Positions 46,953 to 54,879 of a stretch of 58,642 bases of DNA are shown here, one piece after another. The translations under genes and the position numbers were made by a program. The notes beneath the pieces were generated by a model. It ran no database searches. It was not told the DNA's origin and was given only the letters and a program-made list of their open reading frames with translations. This stretch comes from a bacterium (GTDB lineage: Bacteria; Patescibacteriota; Minisyncoccia; Phycocordibacterales; Phycocordibacteraceae): NCBI GenBank assembly GCA_021833245.1, contig JAKBGA010000002.1, positions 1-58,642 of the forward strand, in the 5' to 3' direction. Every line of letters begins with the position of its first letter. Positions within the stretch are counted from its first letter, which is position 1.

Positions 46953-47980
46953 GCGTTGGTCAGGTTTCAGAAAATATTCCAATTGCGCCATTCACAACGC
47001 TCGGTGTGGGCGGCACAGCGCGCTTCTTCATGGAGGCGCAAACGGATAGAGATGTTGAGAGCGCGGTGGCGTTTGCGCAACAGCATACGCTTCCGCTTTT
47101 CCCTCTCGGGGAAGGGAGCAACATACTCGTACCGGACGCCGGCGTCAAGGGTGTTGTGTTGAAGATGTCTCTTCAGGACATACGTATCGAAGAAGATGGC
47201 GACAGCGTATTGCTTATCGCGGGAACGGGAGTTCCCTGGGAGAAAGTTGTGAGTGAAGCAGCAGCACGTGGTGTTTTTGGCATCGAAAATCTCGCCGGCA
47301 TTCCAGGCTCCATGGGAGGTGCCGCAGTACAGAACATTGGTGCATATGGTGCGGAGTTCGCCAACACATTTGAATACGCCGACACTATCGATAGTACAAC
47401 CAGTACACAGAGACGAATTAATCGAGCTGATGCGTCATTTGCGTATCGGACAAGCATTTTCAAGAAAAATCGTTCTCTTATTATCACACGTGTGGCACTG
47501 CGTCTTGCAAAGCAGGCGACACCGAACACTGCTTATGCCGATCTTGAAAGTGCGCGCGCGAAAGGTGTACCGCTTACTCTGCCAATTGATATCGTACGTG
47601 CGGTACGTTCTATTCGCGCACAAAAATTTCCACGAGGTGCTGGAGAGGGAACGGCAGGTTCATTTTTTAAGAATCCCGTCTTACCACAGGCAAAGTTTTA
47701 TGAACTTGCAAAAAATTTTCCTGACATGCCAGCGTTTCCTCAGAAGGATGGTATGGTAAAAATATCACTCGCGTGGCTGCTTGATCACGTGCTTTCACTC
47801 AAAGGATTTTCTATCGGTCGAGCGCGATTATATGAAAAGCAACCTATCGTTATTGTTGCGAGTGCCGGCGCTCGTGCTGATGAGGTTGACGCACTTGCTA
47901 CCGAGGTTGAGCGAAAAATTTTTATTGCAATCGGTATTCGCATTGAACGTGAGGTTGAGATGTTCGGTTCGTACGAGTAA
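46949..47980 (+). CDS. murB: UDP-N-acetylenolpyruvoylglucosamine reductase
   Basis: APFTTLGVGGTARFF and GEGSNILV (FAD-binding domain), plus the C-terminal MurB domain. Confidence 0.9.
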   Translation: MSVGQVSENIPIAPFTTLGVGGTARFFMEAQTDRDVESAVAFAQQHTLPLFPLGEGSNILVPDAGVKGVVLKMSLQDIRIEEDGDSVLLIAGTGVPWEKVVSEAAARGVFGIENLAGIPGSMGGAAVQNIGAYGAEFANTFEYADTIDSTTSTQRRINRADASFAYRTSIFKKNRSLIITRVALRLAKQATPNTAYADLESARAKGVPLTLPIDIVRAVRSIRAQKFPRGAGEGTAGSFFKNPVLPQAKFYELAKNFPDMPAFPQKDGMVKISLAWLLDHVLSLKGFSIGRARLYEKQPIVIVASAGARADEVDALATEVERKIFIAIGIRIEREVEMFGSYE

Positions 47981-48014
47981 TGTGTGCGAAAAATAATCTG
48001 CAAATTTTAAAAAG

Positions 48015-48023
48015 TTATCCACA
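48015..48023 (+). promoter_or_regulatory. Perfect DnaA-box consensus TTATCCACA
   Basis: Exact 9-mer in an AT-rich 168-bp intergenic region. A one-mismatch inverted box tgtgtataa lies at 48084-48092. Confidence 0.3.
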
Positions 48024-48148
48024 CTTCATAATTTTTTTTCACATAAAAATTATTTACGCGCGATAATGAAACACAGAAACGTTTGTGTATAAAATTTTTA
48101 ATGCACAGACGGGTCGACATATCAATCATTATATAATTCGCAACCACC

Positions 48149-48262
48149 ATGGCAAAAAAGCGTAAGGTCGTGAAAAAAACCACCACGAAACGCAAGACCA
48201 CAAAGCGAAAGGCAACGAAGCGTAAAACTACAAAACGCAAGGTTGCAAAGCGTCGTCGCTAG
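48149..48262 (+). CDS. 37-aa highly basic K/R/T pentapeptide-repeat protein (not in the supplied ORF track)
   Basis: Sequence MAKKRKVVKKTTTKRKTTKRKATKRKTTKRKVAKRRR. 22 of 37 residues are K/R and none is acidic. Five 15-nt repeat units. A strong terminator follows. Confidence 0.6.
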   Translation: MAKKRKVVKKTTTKRKTTKRKATKRKTTKRKVAKRRR

Positions 48263-48279
48263 CCCGGTTTCGTTTTTTA

Positions 48280-48317
48280 AAACATACGTTCACCGATGTC
48301 GGTGAACGTATGTTTTT
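48280..48317 (+). terminator. Rho-independent terminator
   Basis: Perfect 16-bp stem aaacatacgttcaccg / cggtgaacgtatgttt, a 4-nt loop atgt, and a T-run at the 3' side. Confidence 0.8.
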
Positions 48318-48471
48318 GAGAGCAAGTAAGAATACTTATATGATTTTAGCTGGTGCAGCTTGTCATTTCGATTCTAGACGGGGATTATGGCGTGACCTTT
48401 CGGAACTCTGTGAAGAGTAAAAGGACCCAACCCTTCTTTTAGGCTGTTAGAAGACAAAGTGGTATAGTTGT

Positions 48472-51006
48472 ATGACAATGTTCGGGCTTTCCAGCTTTTT
48501 TTCAAAAAACCAATCCGCAGCCTTTCTCAAGGCCGCGGCGCCATGTGTGGCCGCAGTAAACAAGTATTCCGAGGAGTTTTTAGAACTTTCCGATGATTTG
48601 ATACGTGCTCGGTTAAACGAAGTGCAAACGCGGTCACGGGCTATGGGCGCGACAGATGTTTCGGATCTCCCTCTTGTGTTTGCGCTCGTACGTGAAGCAT
48701 CCCGTCGCACGTTGCATCAACCACACTTTGACGTGCAAATAATCGGTGGTCTTGCGCTTGCAGAGGGGAAGATTGCCGAGATGCGCACGGGTGAAGGCAA
48801 GACGCTCGTTGCAACGCTTCCCGCAACTTTTCATGCTCTCTCAGGCAAAGGTGTGCAGATTGTTACGGTTAACGATTATCTTGCTCGCCGCGATGGTGCT
48901 TGGATGGGACAGGTGTATCATTATCTAGGTCTTACCGTCGGCGTCGTGACGAGTACGGGTGCATATCGCTATGATCCGTCACATACAGCAAAAGAATTAG
49001 ATCGTGAACGCGATTCAGAAGGTTCTTTCAGGGTGTTTTATGACTATCTTCATCCCGTGGATAAGCGCGAAGCCTACGCGGCCGACGTTACATACGTAAC
49101 CAATAATGAGCTCGGTTTTGATTATTTGCGCGATAACACTGCGTACGTTGCGGGACAAATCGTGCAGCGAGACTATCAGTACGCAATCATTGACGAGGTG
49201 GACTCCATTTTGATTGATGAAGCGCGCACGCCACTCATCATCTCGGGTCCGGCGGGTGATTCGAAAATGCTTTACGAACGTTTCTCCAGCATCGTTAGCA
49301 GTATGCAGGAAGGTACTGATTATACGGTTGATGAGAAACAGAAAGCGATTCAAATGACAGAGGCAGGTATGCACATGGCTGAAGCCGCGCTTGGCCTCGA
49401 GAATCTCTACACCGAAGGTGGTATGAAGTATGCACATCACCTCGAGACAGCCGTTCGTGCGAAGGCACTTTTCCATAAAGACAAGGAATACATCGTTCGC
49501 AATGATGAAATCATCATTGTGGATGAATTTACAGGAAGGCTGCAACCCGGTCGTCGCTGGTCGGAGGGCTTGCATCAGGCTATTGAGGCAAAAGAAGGTG
49601 TGCGAGTGCAAGAAGAAACGCGTACGTATGCGACAGTGACGTTTCAAAACCTCTTTCGTATGTATGGGCGCCTTGCGGGTATGACCGGCACGGCGTTGTC
49701 CTCAGAGGAGGAATTTTATACAGTTTATAAGCTTGAAGTTGTAGCGGTACCGACCAACAAACCGGTTACGCGTAAGGATTATGATGACCTCATATTCCAA
49801 ACCCGTTCAGGAAAGTATCGGGCAGTTGCGCGAGCGATAAAGGAACGTCATTTAAAAGGACAGCCGGTACTTATTGGTACGGTCTCCATTGAAGACAATG
49901 AGACGGTCAGTACGTATCTCACGAATGAGGGTGTACCGCACGAAGTTTTGAATGCAAAAAACCATGAGCGCGAAGGCGAAATCATTGCTGAAGCCGGAAA
50001 GGAGGGCAGGGTGACTGTCGCAACGAACCTCGCCGGTCGTGGTGTAGACATAAAGCTTGGCGGCGCACTCGCGACGAGCGAAACACGCGCCGCAGTTATC
50101 GCAAAAGGTGGTCTTGCTGTGATTGGTACCGAGCGACATGATGCACGTCGTATCGACAATCAGCTGCGCGGTCGTTCAGGTCGTCAAGGTGATCCAGGGG
50201 AAACGCGTTTTTATGTCTCACTTGAGGATAAGCTCATGCGTGTCTTTGCCGCTGAAACTCTAAAGAAGGTAATGGGCCGTTTTGGTATTCCAGAAGATGA
50301 GCCGATTGAAAGCGCAATGATTACCCGATCCCTTGAAACCGCACAGAAACGTATTGAGGGTTTCAACTTTGACTCGCGTAAACAGATTCTCGCGTATGAC
50401 GATGTAATGAACACGCAACGTCTTGCGATTTACGCGCGCCGGCGGGCGGCACTACTTGGAAGCGATGAGAAAGTAGAGGAGCTGATCCATACGTTTATTC
50501 AGGACGGAGAAACAATTCAGACTATGTTGAACGCGAGGAAGACTGAGCTTGGTGACGCATTTGCTCCGAATCTGCGTCGGCTGCTCTTGCAGACTATCGA
50601 TACATTCTGGCTCGAACATCTTGAGACCATGGACTACCTGCGTCGTTCAGTATCGCTCCGAGCATACGGACAAAGGGATCCGCTTATCGAATATCGACGC
50701 GAGGGTCTCATACGTTTTCGTCAGCTCGAAGAGGGTATTAGAAAAATGGTTATAGAATCGATACCGCGTATTCAACCTACTGATGATGCACGCATTCGTG
50801 CTGAAGAAGAGAAGGTGCATGCAGCGCTCGTTATTGCGGGGAAGGAGGGGGATAGTGATGCCGTCCAGACACCTTTAGTCAAGGCGCATGAATATGGTCG
50901 TAATGATTTCGTCACCCTCAAGAAAGATAACGCAATTCAGACACTTAAATTCAAAAAAGCTGAACCCTTACTTACTGAAGGTTGGGAGATTGTGAATGAA
51001 AGTTAG
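48472..51006 (+). CDS. secA: Preprotein translocase ATPase SecA
   Basis: MRTGEGKTLVATLPA, DEVDSILIDEARTPLIISG and TNLAGRGVDIKLGG. 844 aa. Confidence 0.95.
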   Translation: MTMFGLSSFFSKNQSAAFLKAAAPCVAAVNKYSEEFLELSDDLIRARLNEVQTRSRAMGATDVSDLPLVFALVREASRRTLHQPHFDVQIIGGLALAEGKIAEMRTGEGKTLVATLPATFHALSGKGVQIVTVNDYLARRDGAWMGQVYHYLGLTVGVVTSTGAYRYDPSHTAKELDRERDSEGSFRVFYDYLHPVDKREAYAADVTYVTNNELGFDYLRDNTAYVAGQIVQRDYQYAIIDEVDSILIDEARTPLIISGPAGDSKMLYERFSSIVSSMQEGTDYTVDEKQKAIQMTEAGMHMAEAALGLENLYTEGGMKYAHHLETAVRAKALFHKDKEYIVRNDEIIIVDEFTGRLQPGRRWSEGLHQAIEAKEGVRVQEETRTYATVTFQNLFRMYGRLAGMTGTALSSEEEFYTVYKLEVVAVPTNKPVTRKDYDDLIFQTRSGKYRAVARAIKERHLKGQPVLIGTVSIEDNETVSTYLTNEGVPHEVLNAKNHEREGEIIAEAGKEGRVTVATNLAGRGVDIKLGGALATSETRAAVIAKGGLAVIGTERHDARRIDNQLRGRSGRQGDPGETRFYVSLEDKLMRVFAAETLKKVMGRFGIPEDEPIESAMITRSLETAQKRIEGFNFDSRKQILAYDDVMNTQRLAIYARRRAALLGSDEKVEELIHTFIQDGETIQTMLNARKTELGDAFAPNLRRLLLQTIDTFWLEHLETMDYLRRSVSLRAYGQRDPLIEYRREGLIRFRQLEEGIRKMVIESIPRIQPTDDARIRAEEEKVHAALVIAGKEGDSDAVQTPLVKAHEYGRNDFVTLKKDNAIQTLKFKKAEPLLTEGWEIVNES

Positions 51007-51008
51007 AT

Positions 51009-51986
51009 ATGGCATTTGTTGACGAGGTAAAGATACATGCGGAGTCAGGGAAGGGTGGTGATGGTGTTATCCGTTGGTTGCGCACTAAAGAATCCGCGCG
51101 TGGTGGCCCCTCAGGCGGTGATGGCGGAAGAGGCGGTGATATTGTTCTCGTTGGTGTGCGTGACTTGTCAGCCCTTTCCTATTATCGGCATAAGAAAAAA
51201 TTTCATGCGAAAGACGGTGAGGCGGGGAAGGGAGAATTAAAACACGGTGCAAACGGAGAAGATACCTTTCTTAAGGTTCCGATTGGAACACTTGCGCATG
51301 TTTTTGAAACTGGCAAGGAGTATGAGATCACTAAGGAAGGCGAACATATAGTTATCTTTCGTGGTGGGAATGGGGGTCTCGGTAATGCGCGTTTCAAGAG
51401 CTCAACGAATCAAAATCCATTTCAACAAACGGTTGGAAAGGAGGGTAAGGGCGGGAATATAGAATTCATCCTTAAGATTATCGCCGACGCTGGACTCATT
51501 GGGCTCCCCAATGCCGGGAAATCATCACTTCTTAATGCGCTTACCAGAGCAAAGTCGAAAATAGGCGCATACCCGTTCACAACGCTTGAGCCAAATCTCG
51601 GTGATTTTTATGGACATATCATTGCTGATATACCTGGACTTATCGAAGGCGCCTCGTCTGGACGAGGTCTGGGAATTAAGTTTCTTAAACATGTGGAAAG
51701 AACAGGTATCCTAATACATCTCGTCTCGGCTGACCAAGATGACCCAATCGCCGCATATAGGGAAGTGCGCAAAGAAATAGAACTATTTGGGCATGAGATT
51801 TCAAAGAAGCGAGAAATAATTGTTCTATCAAAAATTGACCTCGTTTCTTCGCAAGAGTGCGAAACAAAGATTCAGCTGCTTTCTCGAGAGATAGGTAAGG
51901 AAGTGCTTTCGGTATCACTTGAAAATCAAGTGGTTCTTAAGGAATTTTCGAAGCACCTTTCAAAAATTCTTAAGAATATAGAGTAG
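51009..51986 (+). CDS. obg: GTPase Obg/CgtA
   Basis: Glycine-rich Obg fold (GKGGDGVIRW...GGDGGRGGDIVL) plus G domain GLIGLPNAGKSSLLN, DIPGLIEGAS. Confidence 0.92.
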   Translation: MAFVDEVKIHAESGKGGDGVIRWLRTKESARGGPSGGDGGRGGDIVLVGVRDLSALSYYRHKKKFHAKDGEAGKGELKHGANGEDTFLKVPIGTLAHVFETGKEYEITKEGEHIVIFRGGNGGLGNARFKSSTNQNPFQQTVGKEGKGGNIEFILKIIADAGLIGLPNAGKSSLLNALTRAKSKIGAYPFTTLEPNLGDFYGHIIADIPGLIEGASSGRGLGIKFLKHVERTGILIHLVSADQDDPIAAYREVRKEIELFGHEISKKREIIVLSKIDLVSSQECETKIQLLSREIGKEVLSVSLENQVVLKEFSKHLSKILKNIE

Positions 51987-52075
51987 ATACTTACTATCGT
52001 GGGGTAGAGACACAAAGAGAGAATAAGGAGCTATGGTGTGGACTGTTTCCCGTTTTCTGTTTACTCTATGGAGAT

Positions 52076-53497
52076 ATGTATCTCCCCACCATCGGTCTTG
52101 AGATTCATGCGGAACTCAAGACACGAACTAAGATGTTCTGTACATCCGCAAATGATCCTGACGAAACACGCCCAAATGTAAATATATGCCCGGTCTGTAT
52201 GGCGCATCCGGGCACTTTACCGGTTATCAATCACGATGCGGTGCGACACATTCTCCGCATAGGAAGTGCAATTAAAGCTACGTTTGCAAATTTCAGTGAA
52301 TTTGATCGCAAGAGTTATTTCTATCCGGACATTCCGAAGGGCTATCAAATTAGTCAGTATATGCATCCCTTGGTTACGGGTGGGGAACTTTCGGGTGTTG
52401 CGATTACACGTGTTCACCTCGAAGAGGACACAGCGCGCTCGATACATACGGCCGGGAAGAGCCTCATTGACTTCAATCGAGCGGGTATTCCGCTCATGGA
52501 GCTTGTTACTGAGCCAGTAATACGAGACGCAGAGACTGCCGGACGTTTTGCGCGCGAATTACAGCTGCTTCTGCGTACACTTTGCGCAAGTGAAGCGAAC
52601 CTTGAAAAGGGCGAGATGCGTATAGAAGCGAACATTTCCGTATCAAATAAAGAGGGTTTTTTGGGTACAAAAGTTGAGGTAAAAAATTTAAACTCATTTC
52701 GTTCTGTTGAACGGGCTATTGCGTTTGAAATAGATCGGCAAATCGCGCTCATTGAAGAAGGCGGGAAAGTAGCACAAGAAACACGTGGATGGGACGAGGT
52801 AAAGCAAGCCACATTCCACCAACGTTTTAAGGAGGGGAGTGCTGATTACCGGTACTTTCCGGAGCCAGATCTTCCCAAACTGCTTCTTTCAGAGAAAGAA
52901 GAATTTTCTCCAGAAATAATACAGGCGTCATTACCAGAACTCCCGTGGGAACGTCGTGCGCGTTATATACACACCTATTCTCTGCAAGAGAGTGACGCGA
53001 TGTATCTCTGTGCAGATCCGGAACGCGCTATGTTTTTTGATGCGGTTGTCGCGGCCCTCGGAGAAAATACCAAACTTGTTTTGCTCGCTACGAACTATAT
53101 TGTTTCAGACCTTGCGGGTATATACGCAAAACGAGGGAATGAAGGATATGCGGCGCTCAATCCTAAGGCTTTTGCAAGACTCATTCGCCTCATCAGTACC
53201 GGTGATCTCTCCTCACGCGGGGCTAAGGATACATTACGGATTCTTGTTGAGCACGGAGGTGATCCAGAGGCCATAGCGAAAGAGCACGGCCTCACCCAGA
53301 TGCGTGATACGGAGACTCTCCAACGCATAGTTGAAGGGGTGCTTGTAAAAGAAGTAAAAGCTGTTAACGAGTATCGTGCAGGGAAGGAGACCGCCTTACA
53401 GTACTTGTTAGGGAGAAGCATAAAGGCAACTAATGGCGCGGGTGATCCGGCTATCTTAAGAGACCTGATTTTGAAGGAGATAAATCGTATAGGATAA
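52076..53497 (+). CDS. gatB: Asp/Glu-tRNA(Asn/Gln) amidotransferase subunit B
   Basis: PTIGLEIHAELKTRTKMFC, NICPVCMAHPGTLPV and the C-terminal YqeY-like tail. Confidence 0.92.
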   Translation: MYLPTIGLEIHAELKTRTKMFCTSANDPDETRPNVNICPVCMAHPGTLPVINHDAVRHILRIGSAIKATFANFSEFDRKSYFYPDIPKGYQISQYMHPLVTGGELSGVAITRVHLEEDTARSIHTAGKSLIDFNRAGIPLMELVTEPVIRDAETAGRFARELQLLLRTLCASEANLEKGEMRIEANISVSNKEGFLGTKVEVKNLNSFRSVERAIAFEIDRQIALIEEGGKVAQETRGWDEVKQATFHQRFKEGSADYRYFPEPDLPKLLLSEKEEFSPEIIQASLPELPWERRARYIHTYSLQESDAMYLCADPERAMFFDAVVAALGENTKLVLLATNYIVSDLAGIYAKRGNEGYAALNPKAFARLIRLISTGDLSSRGAKDTLRILVEHGGDPEAIAKEHGLTQMRDTETLQRIVEGVLVKEVKAVNEYRAGKETALQYLLGRSIKATNGAGDPAILRDLILKEINRIG

Positions 53498-53556
53498 TTT
53501 GAGTGTTCCTGTGCATAACATTTTCATACCAGCCGAGATATGTATATACTATAATT

Positions 53557-54315
53557 ATGAATGAGATTCTCATAGACGATAGAAAGTATATATCGTCAAA
53601 GCGAGCTGCAGAAATAACTGGTTATGCCAAGGATTATATCGGACAACTTTGTCGCGAAGGGCGGGTCCCGGCACGCCTTATCGGACGAAGTTGGTATGTT
53701 CTTGAAACAGCGATTCATGATCATCGTTTTGGTAAACAAAAGATCGAGGCAGAACCTTCTCAAACAATAGTTCCTAACTCGGATTTACAAGCGACCTGGG
53801 AATCACCACGTTATGAGGCATCTCCAGTCGAAACATTCCTTTCACAAAAAACGGATGAATATCCGTTAAATAAAACGCAAGTTCAGGGTGAAGTATCGAA
53901 AAATCTCCAAGATTCTTGGCACGCATGGTTTAACAGTGCTGTAAAAAAAGAAACTGACTCCTCCGAAATACACGAAGATGTAAAAAAAGAAGAGTTTGAT
54001 GAAAAGCAAAGTGTAGTAGAAGAGGAAGAAATAAGTGTTCCCATCCACACGCTACATGGACAGCCGCCCAGGGAGCTCTTACCAAGACGCAATATTAAGA
54101 TTGAGTTCCCAATGCCAAATAGGGGTGATGGTCTTGAGGAAGTGCAGAGGAGAAATGGGAGGGGGGGAGTTTTGAGAGTGGTCCGGGTATTTGGATCGTT
54201 ACTTGCGGCAATATCGATCATTCTTGCTGTCATAAATACTGGATATTTTGATAATTACCTAATCTCGTATAGTCAAGTATATATAATTTCAGGAATTTCT
54301 TTGTACAGTAAATAG
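53557..54315 (+). CDS. Membrane-anchored protein with an N-terminal excisionase/MerR-type HTH
   Basis: ISSKRAAEITGYAKDYIGQLCREGRVPARLIGRSWYVLETAI (HTH_17-like), a charged linker, and a C-terminal TM helix VFGSLLAAISIILAVINTGYF. Confidence 0.7.
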   Translation: MNEILIDDRKYISSKRAAEITGYAKDYIGQLCREGRVPARLIGRSWYVLETAIHDHRFGKQKIEAEPSQTIVPNSDLQATWESPRYEASPVETFLSQKTDEYPLNKTQVQGEVSKNLQDSWHAWFNSAVKKETDSSEIHEDVKKEEFDEKQSVVEEEEISVPIHTLHGQPPRELLPRRNIKIEFPMPNRGDGLEEVQRRNGRGGVLRVVRVFGSLLAAISIILAVINTGYFDNYLISYSQVYIISGISLYSK

Positions 54316-54811
54316 CTTATTTACTAAATTTCTTGTCTTGTTTACACGAGTTAGTAAACTATAAATAGTTTTAAGGAAATTTCTGATCATCTATATTTTA
54401 AATATAATATACAGCGTTGAACCCTATACGAGAGTATTTATTGCATCAAGGATATTTATCTATGAAAATTAAAATAATCTCGCCTATTTAAAAAATTTAA
54501 TCCTAATATACGATTGGTCATTTATTGTAATAAATAGCATCAGGAATAAGTAATATAATGCTAGTTAGTTCGTATATAGAGATTATTATCTACAGCAAAT
54601 AAGGGGAGTTATTTTCATGACCATACTCTGGTATTTTGATCGTTCGAATTTCCTGAATACAATTAAATTAATTCCTGATTTAAATATACTTTGAATAAAA
54701 CTAGGCGTATGTGGAATATGTTTGGATAAAAATCTCGTTCCTAGTTAGAATTTTCTATATAAATTTATATGAAAGTAGAATTCAAAATTTGTTTTGATGA
54801 ACATTGATTAA

Positions 54812-54820
54812 TTATCCACA
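54812..54820 (+). promoter_or_regulatory. Perfect DnaA-box consensus TTATCCACA in an AT-rich gap
   Basis: Exact 9-mer. Nearby inverted near-matches are tttggataa (54720-54728, 1 mismatch) and tgtggaata (54709-54717, 2 mismatches). Confidence 0.3.
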
Positions 54821-54879
54821 GTATTTTCTAGGTGATGCCGGAGTATCAAGTTATTATTTAGATAATTCGGCTATCCGAC

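Noticed and set aside
48007-48240. A minus-strand 77-aa ORF with FVVLRF repeats.
   Set aside because: It is the antisense image of the K/R/T-repeat gene. It has no terminator or start context of its own. The plus-strand reading has a clean ATG, a stop and an immediately following strong terminator. Its status is still worth confirming experimentally.
49015-49647. A minus-strand 210-aa ORF inside secA.
   Set aside because: It is antisense to a highly conserved part of SecA, so it is a shadow ORF.
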